IMG/VR virus record: IMGVR_UViG_3300035703_000127
Coordinates: 1 to 52,819 of that record
Source: a virus
Lineage: Duplodnaviria; Caudoviricetes
DNA: 52,819 nucleotides
Strand: one strand, 5' to 3'
This document shows, piece after piece, positions 1 through 8,249 of the stretch; position 1 is the stretch's first letter; each line of letters begins with the position of its first letter. The position numbers and the translations under genes are program-made. The notes beneath the pieces are model-generated. The model ran no database searches. It was not told where the DNA came from and saw only the letters and a program-made list of their open reading frames with translations.

Positions 1-145
1 CCTGCTGGTGGACATAGGACTTTGCTGATTCCCCAGCCGGACCTGGTGGCCCCTCGCTGATCACCCGCACCATGCGTGCCTGGGCTTCCTCGACAATCTG
101 AACCAGCCGCGCTTCCCCTTCTCTGATGACGTGGACTTGATCCAT
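1..145 (-). CDS. Partial virion-associated protein (runs off window)
   Basis: ATG at 143-145 overlaps the stop of 145..546; reads MDQVHVIREGEARLVQIVEEAQARMVRVISEGPPGPAGESAKSYVHQQ (short GPP/GPA collagen-like stretch). Confidence 0.6.
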   Translation of the reverse strand, partial: MDQVHVIREGEARLVQIVEEAQARMVRVISEGPPGPAGESAKSYVHQQ

Positions 146-546
146 CACGCCTCCACAGCGGCTGTGCTCAGGCCCTGGTTGATGCTGGCAAGGCCCTCCA
201 GCCAGTAGTTCCGTTCTCCAGCTCTTGGCAGCGACGGCCCTTCAATCAGCAGCAGATCCCACTGGGATGGCTCTTCCAGCGCAGCGGTGTCCTGCCAGCT
301 GCCCACCAGATAGAAGTCCCCGTAGATCACCACGCTCGTTTCACCTTCCTGCGTCACCGTGATCGGCACAGCGCGGTTGATCCACTCCACTGCGAAGGTG
401 AGCAACGGCTCGATCCGCCGGCCATTGCGCACCTTCCACACCTGGGCGATCACCTCGCGATCGGTGCAGTCGATCGGCAGCTGAATGCGCTCGCGGAAGG
501 TCGCCCGCTGCGGGATGGTGATGTCGTAGCGCAGCGGTAAATCCAT
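145..546 (-). CDS. Hypothetical phage structural protein
   Basis: 133 aa; YDITIPQRATF N-terminus typical of small phage virion proteins; preceded by the GGAAAGCTG motif. Confidence 0.6.
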   Translation of the reverse strand: MDLPLRYDITIPQRATFRERIQLPIDCTDREVIAQVWKVRNGRRIEPLLTFAVEWINRAVPITVTQEGETSVVIYGDFYLVGSWQDTAALEEPSQWDLLLIEGPSLPRAGERNYWLEGLASINQGLSTAAVEA

Positions 547-575
547 CGCCCTGGCCCCCTGGGCCAGCTTTCCGC

Positions 576-920
576 TCAGGACTGGGCAGCGGCATCTGGC
601 CGGCTGAGCTCGATCGTCGGCCCAGCGGCAGGCTCAGCCTCTGGCGCCTCGGTGGGCTTAGCTGAGACTTCCTCTTTGGCCTGCCAGGCCTCGTTTACCG
701 CAGGCGTGGCCGGGTCATCCGCCTGGAACTGCCCGTCAGCGTCGCGGGCCCGGGTGGTGCGCTTGCTGCGCTTGCCCCTGGCGCTCTCCACGGCCTCTGG
801 CTCGGTGACCACCACCTGCAGGGGCCTGGCGTGGGCGATCACCGCCTCCGGCGGCAGGGGCGTCTTGGCGCCAACGACGCCCAAGGTGATGCCAATCGGC
901 TTGCCCATCAGGTTCTCCAC
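576..920 (-). CDS. Hypothetical protein downstream of capsid genes
   Basis: 114-aa ORF, collinear with neighbours; start uncertain. Confidence 0.5.
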   Translation of the reverse strand: MENLMGKPIGITLGVVGAKTPLPPEAVIAHARPLQVVVTEPEAVESARGKRSKRTTRARDADGQFQADDPATPAVNEAWQAKEEVSAKPTEAPEAEPAAGPTIELSRPDAAAQS

Positions 921-922
921 GT

Positions 923-950
923 AAAAAACAAGGGGCCCCGCAGGGCCCCG
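923..950 (-). terminator. Rho-independent terminator after capsid/decoration genes
   Basis: Minus strand CGGGGCCC-TGCG-GGGCCCC followed by TTGTTTTTT. Confidence 0.75.
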
Positions 951-967
951 ATGGTCTCCAGTCGCGA

Positions 968-1426
968 TCAGGCGGGCTGGATGTAGATGGTGGCGGTGCC
1001 AGCGGGCTCAGCCTCGCCGGTGCCGGCAACGGCCTGGATCGCCACGCCGCGCACCTCGCCGGTTACACCAGCATCGGCGGCCTTGATGGCATCCTCCAAC
1101 TGACGGCCCGACAGGCCGATCTCGGTGGTGCCTTTGCCCGCCAGGGTCACCGTGGCGATCGAGGCGTAGGCGCTGGCATCGGCCAGGGTCCCGCCAGCCG
1201 GCACGTGGGCCACCTGGATGGTGTATTGGCCAGCGGCTGCAGCGTCCTGACCGACCACCACCAGCTTGAACAGGTTTTGCTGGTTCAGCTGGGTGGTGAG
1301 CAGCCGGGCGGCGCCGGTGCGGGTTTCTTCTGCACGGCTGTAGCCGTTGGCGCCGACATAGCCCACCAGCACCGATTCAGCATCGAGGTGGTAGGCCCGC
1401 CGGTCAAGCCCAAATGAGCGTCCCAT
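968..1426 (-). CDS. Putative capsid decoration / minor head protein
   Basis: 152 aa, Ala/Gly/Thr-rich, directly after the major capsid gene; GGAGG RBS. Confidence 0.55.
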   Translation of the reverse strand: MGRSFGLDRRAYHLDAESVLVGYVGANGYSRAEETRTGAARLLTTQLNQQNLFKLVVVGQDAAAAGQYTIQVAHVPAGGTLADASAYASIATVTLAGKGTTEIGLSGRQLEDAIKAADAGVTGEVRGVAIQAVAGTGEAEPAGTATIYIQPA

Positions 1427-1459
1427 GGATGGTTCCTCCGTAAGTGATCAGGGAATGAA

Positions 1460-2383
1460 TCAGGCCACCACGGCCGCGTTGGTCACCCCGGCCAGACGCG
1501 CCACTGAGCGACCGTTGTAGATCGCCAGACCGATGTACCAATCCATGCGGGTGCGCATGGCCGGCTTGTCGGGGGCCTCACCCAGATCCCGCACGCTGAT
1601 GCCGTACTGGCCCTGGTGCTGGCCTTGGATGCCGGTGGTGAGCATGTCGCCGAACGCCACGCAGTAGATGCTGGTGGTGTTGCCGTCCTCGGTGAAACCT
1701 TGGATGTCCTGGTTCAGCGAGTTTTTGTCGGTGATCAGGATCTCCACGTCGCCGTAGCGGGTGACGATCTTGCCCATCTCGTTGCGGTCGGTCAGCAGAC
1801 AGCCCGACAGCTCCTGGGTGCGAGCGGCCTGGGACAGCCGCCGGCGCATGGCCTTGGGCATGATCAGGTACTTGGGAGCACCGCCGGAATCCACTTCATC
1901 GATCAGCTGATCGAGAGCGGCCAGCGACAGGGGGCCGCCTTCGTTGTCGATGTACTGGCTGGAGCCCTCCACCACCCGGGTCTTGAGGCCGTCCATCTCG
2001 CGGGGATTCGTTTCCGAGTCGCCGTTGATGAACTTGTCCTCGAAGGTCATCCGCATTGCCCGGACCTTCATCTGGGTCTGGATGCCGCGGGTCTGCTCGC
2101 CGTACATGTCGATCTGAGCCAGATCCACATCCAGGTCGCCACCGAAGATCCGCAGGCCTTCGGATTGGGGGTTGAGCACGCCGTAGCCGTCGGGGTTGCC
2201 CTCGTTGAAGCCACGGAAGCCCACGGCCGGCAGTTCGCCTTCGCGGGAATAGAACACGCCGCTACCAGGGACGTTCTGGAAGGGGATCGTGCGCATCAGC
2301 TCACCTTCGGTGAGCTCGGAAATGACGGCGGAAGTCAGGGGATCCTGCACCCCTTTCGCCGCCTCCATGAGAGTGAGGCCCAT
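1460..2383 (-). CDS. Major capsid protein
   Basis: Start MGLTLMEAAK at 2383 with AAGGAG RBS; 307 aa with coat-protein-like segments (PAVGFRGFNEG, KFINGD...MDGLK, SIYCVAFG, SVARLAGV); follows the scaffold gene. Confidence 0.85.
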   Translation of the reverse strand: MGLTLMEAAKGVQDPLTSAVISELTEGELMRTIPFQNVPGSGVFYSREGELPAVGFRGFNEGNPDGYGVLNPQSEGLRIFGGDLDVDLAQIDMYGEQTRGIQTQMKVRAMRMTFEDKFINGDSETNPREMDGLKTRVVEGSSQYIDNEGGPLSLAALDQLIDEVDSGGAPKYLIMPKAMRRRLSQAARTQELSGCLLTDRNEMGKIVTRYGDVEILITDKNSLNQDIQGFTEDGNTTSIYCVAFGDMLTTGIQGQHQGQYGISVRDLGEAPDKPAMRTRMDWYIGLAIYNGRSVARLAGVTNAAVVA

Positions 2384-2523
2384 TTGGGTTCTCCTTGAAG
2401 TGGGGTTGTGTTTGGGACTGGCTTCACGCCGGGTGGCCAGGGCCCTCACGGCCTCTGACAGGTTGCGCCGGTGGCCTCACGCCTCCAGCTGTGCCCTCAG
2501 CTTTCCAACCCCCGATCGACAAC

Positions 2524-2550
2524 AAAAAAGCCCCCCTGCCAGGGGGGCGT
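2524..2550 (-). terminator. Rho-independent terminator after scaffold gene
   Basis: Minus strand GCCCCCCT-GGC-AGGGGGGC followed by TTTTTTG. Confidence 0.8.
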
Positions 2551-2570
2551 GACGCCAGAGCGGCGATGGC

Positions 2571-3401
2571 TCAGCGCTTCGGCTGGGTGTAGGCCAGGGC
2601 GAACTTCTCCTGGGTGGAGAGCTTGCTGATGTCCTGGCCGTGGGCCGTGCGCACATCCCGCCCAGGGCCCATGCCACTGCCGCTGCCGTACTTGGGCTTG
2701 AACAGGAAGGAATAGAGCTGGTGGTCCCGCTGCTTGGCGATGAAGTCGCCCGGCTTGAGGCGCTTGCCGGTCTCCTGATCGAGCTCCCAGTCGCCATTGG
2801 CATCCACCACCCCCAGGCTGCCGTCGGCAGGGTCGATCTTGAAGCGGCCCCCCAGGCGATCCCAGAACATGTCGAAGGCGCTCACGCCGTCTTCTCCCAC
2901 GACGGTGAGGCCATCGGCGGAGATAAACACCTTCTCCAGGGCGTAGCGCTGGCGCTCGGTTTCCAGCGCGCGCACAGCCCGCTCCCGCTCCTGAATCGCC
3001 TCCTGCAGCTTGCTGCTGTACTTGGTCTCGGTTTCACGCAGCTTCTCGGCCTCCCGGGCCTGGGCCTCGGCCGCCAGCCGCTCGGCTTCCGCGGCGCGCT
3101 CCTGGGCCTTGCGGTAGGTCTCGGGATCCAGATCCTTCACTGCCTCATAGCGTCGCTGGGCTGCCTTGGCGGCCTTCTCGTGCTCGGCGCTGATGCGGCG
3201 TTCGTTGTCCAGGGCGCGCTTGAGCTTCTCCAGGTCGCTGAGGCCAGCGTCATCGCCCTCGCCGCCGGTGCCGCCGCCCTGGCCTGCTGGGGAGCCGCTG
3301 CCGGCCCCCTCGCCGCCGTCGCCAGTGCCGGTGTCGGCCAGGAGGATGCCGCGGTAGACGGCTGCCAGTTCAGGGAAACGCTCAATCAGGCGTTTGCGCA
3401 T
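2571..3401 (-). CDS. Capsid scaffolding protein
   Basis: Gly-rich acidic N-terminus, coiled-coil middle (LEKLKRALDNER), C-terminal FKPKYGSGSG...KLSTQEK; immediately upstream of the capsid gene. Confidence 0.75.
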   Translation of the reverse strand: MRKRLIERFPELAAVYRGILLADTGTGDGGEGAGSGSPAGQGGGTGGEGDDAGLSDLEKLKRALDNERRISAEHEKAAKAAQRRYEAVKDLDPETYRKAQERAAEAERLAAEAQAREAEKLRETETKYSSKLQEAIQERERAVRALETERQRYALEKVFISADGLTVVGEDGVSAFDMFWDRLGGRFKIDPADGSLGVVDANGDWELDQETGKRLKPGDFIAKQRDHQLYSFLFKPKYGSGSGMGPGRDVRTAHGQDISKLSTQEKFALAYTQPKR

Positions 3402-3440
3402 GGTTCAGGTCGGGGCTCACCCCCGCCGTGATGGTGCGGC

Positions 3441-3599
3441 TTAGGTTTCCAAGGGCCGCTGACGCTCCATTCCCTGGCGCAGCGCCTTGAGCTCCTGACG
3501 GCGCATCATGGTTTGGCGATTGGCGGCTTGCCGCAGCTGGAGGGTCTCCAACAGCGCGCTGTAATCGGGCCCGTCCGCTGGAGGGGTTGCGCTGGTCAT
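3441..3599 (-). CDS. Small hypothetical protein (52 aa, not in ORF track)
   Basis: ATGA overlap with the upstream stop; MTSATPPADGPDYSALLETLQLRQAANRQTMMRRQELKALRQGMERQRPLET; stop lies inside the GGAAACCTAA motif. Confidence 0.55.
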   Translation of the reverse strand: MTSATPPADGPDYSALLETLQLRQAANRQTMMRRQELKALRQGMERQRPLET

Positions 3600-5158
3600 G
3601 GCTGCAGATCTGAAGGGCTAAAGCCGAGAGCAAGCAGCTCCTGCCGGCAGTATCCAGCGTTGCTCCAGTCCCAGGCGATGTAGGTAGCTTCCGAGTTTTT
3701 GACCTTCAAGCGCTGGTTGAAAGCAGCACTTGGCATTGCCACGTCTGCGCGACTTGGGAGCTGATTGGTGACGGCTAATCGATCTGTCATGTCCCATGTG
3801 CTTGCATTCTGCCCCAGTGTCGGGTCAATGAAGATTCGCGGAGCGCGCATGAAATAGTCCCTGCGCAGGTTCGCGTAAATCAGGCTGGCATCGCTGGTAT
3901 GGCTTAAGTCCATCTGTCCTTTGAGCCAGGTGTAAATAGATGGCGTAGCGTAAAAGTAACTGCTGTGGATTCCCCTGCTGAGGTTGCCCATGCCGAAATG
4001 CGCTGCATAGCGACGACTCGGCGTTGGGTAGGCGTCTGAGCTGTATTGATCGTAAGTGTCTTCGGTGTAGGCGCTTTGATCGAAATAGTGGTTGTAATTG
4101 TAGCTAGGCATGTAAGCGGTTTGATCTGGGCCGTCTTCGCCTCTGGCATCCCATGGGGCTGTGAAATCGCCAAACCACAAGAAGCGTGGGCTCAGGTAAA
4201 AATTATCGGCGCCGATGCTTGGGTCTGGGAAGATCGCGTTGATTCGCTGAGCAAGCAGAGCGGGGACTGATACTTCTTTGATCTTCTTCCTGGTTACTAG
4301 AAAGGCTCTGTTCTCAAACAATGGGGTTGACTTGATGTAGTTGGTTTCTCCTAGGCCTGCCGTTACAACGACATCGTAGCCATAGTCATAGCCTTGCTTT
4401 TCATAGGTCCAGGGGCGCCCCGTAACCATGCGTCCCGTCCATGTCCAGTTTCTGTTGATGGCAAAGGATGCTGCCATCCTGACTTGCCGTGCGATCGTCA
4501 CCACAATGCAAGATTCACGGCCAACGGGCAGCAGCAAAATCTCCTTGTAGGCGATCCTTGATTGATCGGTGTAAATTGTTTGGCTTTGTCCGCTGAATAC
4601 CGTTTGTGGCGGATCCCCTCCCCACGGAACAGTGACTATTTCCGTTGGATTGTATCGAATGTACGCAAACTGATTAGAAGCCGGGTAAACGGCGTACAGA
4701 CTCCAGCGCCGCGTGGGAGGTTCTGAGGGCGATTGGCTTTCTAAAGTTGGCCAGCTCTGGGCTGGCCATTGGATAATCTTGTATTCGTCGGGGAGCAGAT
4801 TTTGTTGAGCCCACGTATATTTCTGGGAAACGGTCCCGCTGATCTTTGTGCCGGGCGGCACAAGTAAAAGTTGATTCGCATCAGCATTGGGCGGTCCGCT
4901 GACTGTTGGACTGCTCCAATAAGCCCACACCCCGCTCATGGTGATGGTGTCTTGCCGCACGGCGGCAGGCTCAGGCCGCCGGTAGGCCTCGGCGCTGGCA
5001 TTGTGCCGCTGCCGCTGCACCCTCGGCCGCGTCATCCCACGGCTTGCCGCCGCCAGCTCCTGGCTGCGCTGAAAGCGGGCTCGATTCGCCAGGATGCGCT
5101 GCTTAACCGCCTGCAGGATTCGATCGGGAACAAGCTGAATGTCAACAAGCGTTGCCAT
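3596..5158 (-). CDS. Putative tail tip / receptor-binding region protein
   Basis: Likely start MATLVDIQ at 5158 (TGATG overlap); 520 aa, aromatic-rich, lower-GC C-terminal part; last large gene of the tail module. Confidence 0.55.
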   Translation of the reverse strand: MATLVDIQLVPDRILQAVKQRILANRARFQRSQELAAASRGMTRPRVQRQRHNASAEAYRRPEPAAVRQDTITMSGVWAYWSSPTVSGPPNADANQLLLVPPGTKISGTVSQKYTWAQQNLLPDEYKIIQWPAQSWPTLESQSPSEPPTRRWSLYAVYPASNQFAYIRYNPTEIVTVPWGGDPPQTVFSGQSQTIYTDQSRIAYKEILLLPVGRESCIVVTIARQVRMAASFAINRNWTWTGRMVTGRPWTYEKQGYDYGYDVVVTAGLGETNYIKSTPLFENRAFLVTRKKIKEVSVPALLAQRINAIFPDPSIGADNFYLSPRFLWFGDFTAPWDARGEDGPDQTAYMPSYNYNHYFDQSAYTEDTYDQYSSDAYPTPSRRYAAHFGMGNLSRGIHSSYFYATPSIYTWLKGQMDLSHTSDASLIYANLRRDYFMRAPRIFIDPTLGQNASTWDMTDRLAVTNQLPSRADVAMPSAAFNQRLKVKNSEATYIAWDWSNAGYCRQELLALGFSPSDLQP

Positions 5159-5559
5159 CAGTCGTCTTGCAGCAGTCTGATCACATAGGACTTCACCTGG
5201 CCTGCTTGCAGGAGAAGCGGTGTCGTAAGACGCGCAAAGCTGTGAGGGTAAGTGCCCCCTGCAATGGCAATCACCACGGTGTCGTGTGTGAAACCAGCGC
5301 CAGAGCCGCTGAACTGGGCATTGATCGCCGGCAGGGCATAGGCGCTGCCGTTGTAGCTGCCCGTGCCGATGGTCCCTGTGACTGGTGCATAGCCGTTCAC
5401 CTCTGCCAGCTCCAGGCCCTCCCATTGAGCGACAGTGCTGCTGGAGCCAAGGCTGGCGGTTGGATCGCTGCAGAGGAAGACGGTGTAGGCCTTGCCTTCA
5501 AACGCCAACGCTGCTTGCCGCTCTAACTCTTTTGGGGTGATCGATAGGGTGAGAGCCAC
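5158..5559 (-). CDS. Tail-associated structural protein
   Basis: 133 aa, beta-type; ELAEVNGYAPV resembles the neighbour's EISAGNGYTAG. Confidence 0.55.
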   Translation of the reverse strand: MALTLSITPKELERQAALAFEGKAYTVFLCSDPTASLGSSSTVAQWEGLELAEVNGYAPVTGTIGTGSYNGSAYALPAINAQFSGSGAGFTHDTVVIAIAGGTYPHSFARLTTPLLLQAGQVKSYVIRLLQDD

Positions 5560-5564
5560 AGCGA

Positions 5565-5987
5565 TCAGGCGATGGTGAGGACGCCTGTGGTGGCGTCAAA
5601 GTCCACGGCGAAAGACTCGCCAGCGGCGAGGGTGATGCTGCTGCCGTAATCCCACCAGCCGATCAGCTCATCGTTGGTGGCGGTGTCGTTGTAGAGCACC
5701 GCGTAGCGGAAGGGGCCAATCGAGCCGCCGGTGGCGGTCCAGGTGGCGGGGTCGCCGAGCACCAGCTTGTAAGTGCCGCTGGTCTGGCTGGAGCTGGTGA
5801 CAGCAGCGGTGGCACCACCAGCGGTATAGCCGTTGCCGGCACTGATCTCGGCCAGGTCCGCTTTGACCGCGTTGGTGGCCACCGGTGCGGTGCTGGTCAG
5901 CAGCACCTTGAGGGTGTCCGCGCCGAGATCGTGCTTCTTCTCGGCCAGCGCCTCCACGAAGCTGTTGAACTTGTTGAACGACGCCAT
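5565..5987 (-). CDS. Conserved phage tail-associated protein
   Basis: MASFNKFNSFVEALAEKKHDLGADTLKVLL...GPFRYAVLYND...LIGWWDYG, a common phage virion family. Confidence 0.7.
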   Translation of the reverse strand: MASFNKFNSFVEALAEKKHDLGADTLKVLLTSTAPVATNAVKADLAEISAGNGYTAGGATAAVTSSSQTSGTYKLVLGDPATWTATGGSIGPFRYAVLYNDTATNDELIGWWDYGSSITLAAGESFAVDFDATTGVLTIA

Positions 5988-6016
5988 CGGCCAGGGGCTT
6001 TGTCCCTAGCTTTCCT

Positions 6017-6268
6017 TCAGCCGATCTGGCGAACGACCTTGCGCCACTTGGGCAGCATCGGGAAGTCAGGAGAGGTGCCGACAGCGGCGATCCGATGGGA
6101 GGAATTAAGTTCCAACAGACCGCGATTGAAGGGGCCGTTTAACAGCTGCTCAATATCTGGTGCGGTCAGCGCAGTTACCCTAAATCCTGTCGTAGGCAGG
6201 GGTGCATCCACAACTCCCAGTCTAACGGTAGTCACTTGAGTGCCTAACACAAAAGAACCCCAGGGCAT
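6017..6268 (-). CDS. Hypothetical protein
   Basis: 83 aa; abuts the stop of 6269..7117. Confidence 0.5.
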   Translation of the reverse strand: MPWGSFVLGTQVTTVRLGVVDAPLPTTGFRVTALTAPDIEQLLNGPFNRGLLELNSSHRIAAVGTSPDFPMLPKWRKVVRQIG

Positions 6269-7117
6269 TTAATACCTCACAAAAACTGGAGAGGCTCCCA
6301 TGCACACCGCAGTTGTGGGCCCAGGGAGCGTGCAATAACGACCAAATAAATATCCCAGTGATGCCCCTTCACCGATAAGCAAGTTCTGACTAGCGGCGGA
6401 TACTGCCAGAGTCGTGGCACTACCAGCGGCCGGCAAGTAAGTAGTGCTGGTAACCTTCAGCGCAAATGGATCAAGGACATTGTTGGACGAAGAATATAGA
6501 GAGGCAGTCACTACGCCATACTGGCGCCTTGGCGTAGTGTTTGTTGGCAAATAAAAAGTGCCATAAGTGTTGCTAGTTGTGTAGGTATAGCCGGCCCACT
6601 CGCCATTTGAATCCTTGAATACCAGAAATGTGCCCGAGTAATTGGCTGTTGCGCTGGCTTTCCAAGCCAAGCAGAAAAACTCCTTTCCGTTCTCTGTTTC
6701 GCTACCTATAGCGAACTCCGCGGCTTGGCCTGAAGTGTAAAAGTATGCTGTCGGAATACTTGACGAAGGAGCTGTAAATGCTCCGTATCCTCCGTTTCCC
6801 GTTCCAGCTGTCCAGCCGGAGTCAAACGACACCGTGGCTTGGGCTGTCGAATTGCTAAAAAATGAAGCATAAAAAGTTGAACCGCTACTGGCACTGGCCA
6901 GTTTAATGACCCACCCCACGTAGTTCGTGCTGGTGCTATTAGCAGGTCCCTTCTCAATCGTGATCTGCTTGGTCGCGTTGCTGGCGTTGGCGTTGACCGC
7001 TGCAACCCAGGCCACCAGCTTGTCGTTGATCTGGAGCGGTGCAGAAGTTGCCGTGGTCTTATCGAGCCAGTTGTATTCAGCGCTTGTCCACGCCTGATAG
7101 TCCATTGTGACCGCCAT
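6269..7117 (-). CDS. Putative tail fibre-associated protein
   Basis: 282 aa, Thr/Ser/Ala/Gly-rich, lower GC. Confidence 0.55.
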   Translation of the reverse strand: MAVTMDYQAWTSAEYNWLDKTTATSAPLQINDKLVAWVAAVNANASNATKQITIEKGPANSTSTNYVGWVIKLASASSGSTFYASFFSNSTAQATVSFDSGWTAGTGNGGYGAFTAPSSSIPTAYFYTSGQAAEFAIGSETENGKEFFCLAWKASATANYSGTFLVFKDSNGEWAGYTYTTSNTYGTFYLPTNTTPRRQYGVVTASLYSSSNNVLDPFALKVTSTTYLPAAGSATTLAVSAASQNLLIGEGASLGYLFGRYCTLPGPTTAVCMGASPVFVRY

Positions 7118-7473
7118 CAGCCGATCTCCTCGTAGTTGATGGTCAGGTCAACGCTGGTGCCAGCCGATGCCTTCGCCTGCAGCTGATCGCCTTCCTCAAG
7201 ATAGATGTACTCGTTCTTATCGGTGGCGATGAGCGTCTTGCCGGCATCTACGGTGCCGCCTTTCAGCAGGTAGCTGGTGGTGGTGCCTCGGTAGATGGCG
7301 ATGTCCACCGTTACGGAACCGACCGCCACGTTGGCAGCTCGAATCGTGTTGACCTTTAGCACCTTGCCGCTGGCAGCGGTGTTGCTCAGAACAGCCGTCA
7401 AGCTGGTGGTCAGTGCCGCTGGTGCGGTCTTGCCGGTGACCGTGGCTGGTGATCGCAGGTTGGGTGCGGCCAT
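7117..7473 (-). CDS. Conserved phage tail-fibre-associated protein
   Basis: MAAPNL...TGKT...KVLKVNTI...IYLEEGD...INYEEI pattern common in aquatic phages. Confidence 0.65.
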   Translation of the reverse strand: MAAPNLRSPATVTGKTAPAALTTSLTAVLSNTAASGKVLKVNTIRAANVAVGSVTVDIAIYRGTTTSYLLKGGTVDAGKTLIATDKNEYIYLEEGDQLQAKASAGTSVDLTINYEEIG

Positions 7474-7500
7474 GGTCTGCGCTTGCTATCCCTAGCTTTC

Positions 7501-8247
7501 CTAGTCCGCCCACATTTCGGGATAGACGAGCGCTTCGTAGCCGTAGGTCTGCGTGGCCCACTTGCCGAAAAAGTCCTCCAGCGACAGCTGGGCGTCCTGG
7601 CCGGTGACGGTGAAGCTGCCGGCCGAGGCAGCCACCAGATACCCGCGCAGGCCGCGGGAGTCTTGGCCGGTGGTTGTCAAGTTGCCACCGGCTGCCACCA
7701 GATTTGCCCCCTTGAAGAAGGTGGCGTCCTTGCCGGTGAGCGCCACCGCTCCCACCTCTCCTGCCAACGGCAACCGCTGATAGCGCAGTGCCGTGCCCTG
7801 GCCCGTGGAGGTGAGTACGCCCGCTTCGAGGCCAGTCCAGCGGTAGCCGCGCAGGCTGCCGGCGTTCTGGCCTGTAGCCGCGAAGCCCCCAGCGTCGGCC
7901 TTGATCGCTCTGGTGTAACGGGATGAGGCGCTTTGTCCCGTGACTGAGCAACCACCTGCAGCCAAGACCATAAGGGTGGCCAGAACTGCCGATCCCTTGC
8001 TGCGGCTGATCGCCTCCAGCTCATCGACCGGCTCGGCAACCCCATAGGGGTAGTCGATGATCTGCAGCCTGGTGCGCGAGATCGCCAACAGCCGGTCTTG
8101 CTCCAGCAGTGGAGCAATCAGGGCGCCGCTCGTTTGCACCTGATCAAACTGATCCGCACCGTTGAGCGGCAGCAGATCAAACAGGCTGCCAGGGCTGGCG
8201 GGATCCAGGCCCTCGGGGCTGGTGATTGTGTTGGCGGGAACGGCCAT
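7501..8247 (-). CDS. Tail protein with internal repeats
   Basis: 248 aa; six ~22-aa GxxxxTG(Q/K) repeats. Confidence 0.6.
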   Translation of the reverse strand: MAVPANTITSPEGLDPASPGSLFDLLPLNGADQFDQVQTSGALIAPLLEQDRLLAISRTRLQIIDYPYGVAEPVDELEAISRSKGSAVLATLMVLAAGGCSVTGQSASSRYTRAIKADAGGFAATGQNAGSLRGYRWTGLEAGVLTSTGQGTALRYQRLPLAGEVGAVALTGKDATFFKGANLVAAGGNLTTTGQDSRGLRGYLVAASAGSFTVTGQDAQLSLEDFFGKWATQTYGYEALVYPEMWAD

Positions 8248-8249
8248 GG

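Noticed and set aside
3596-7117. Diversity-generating retroelement acting on tail genes
   Set aside because: No reverse transcriptase and no template/variable repeat pair seen in the window
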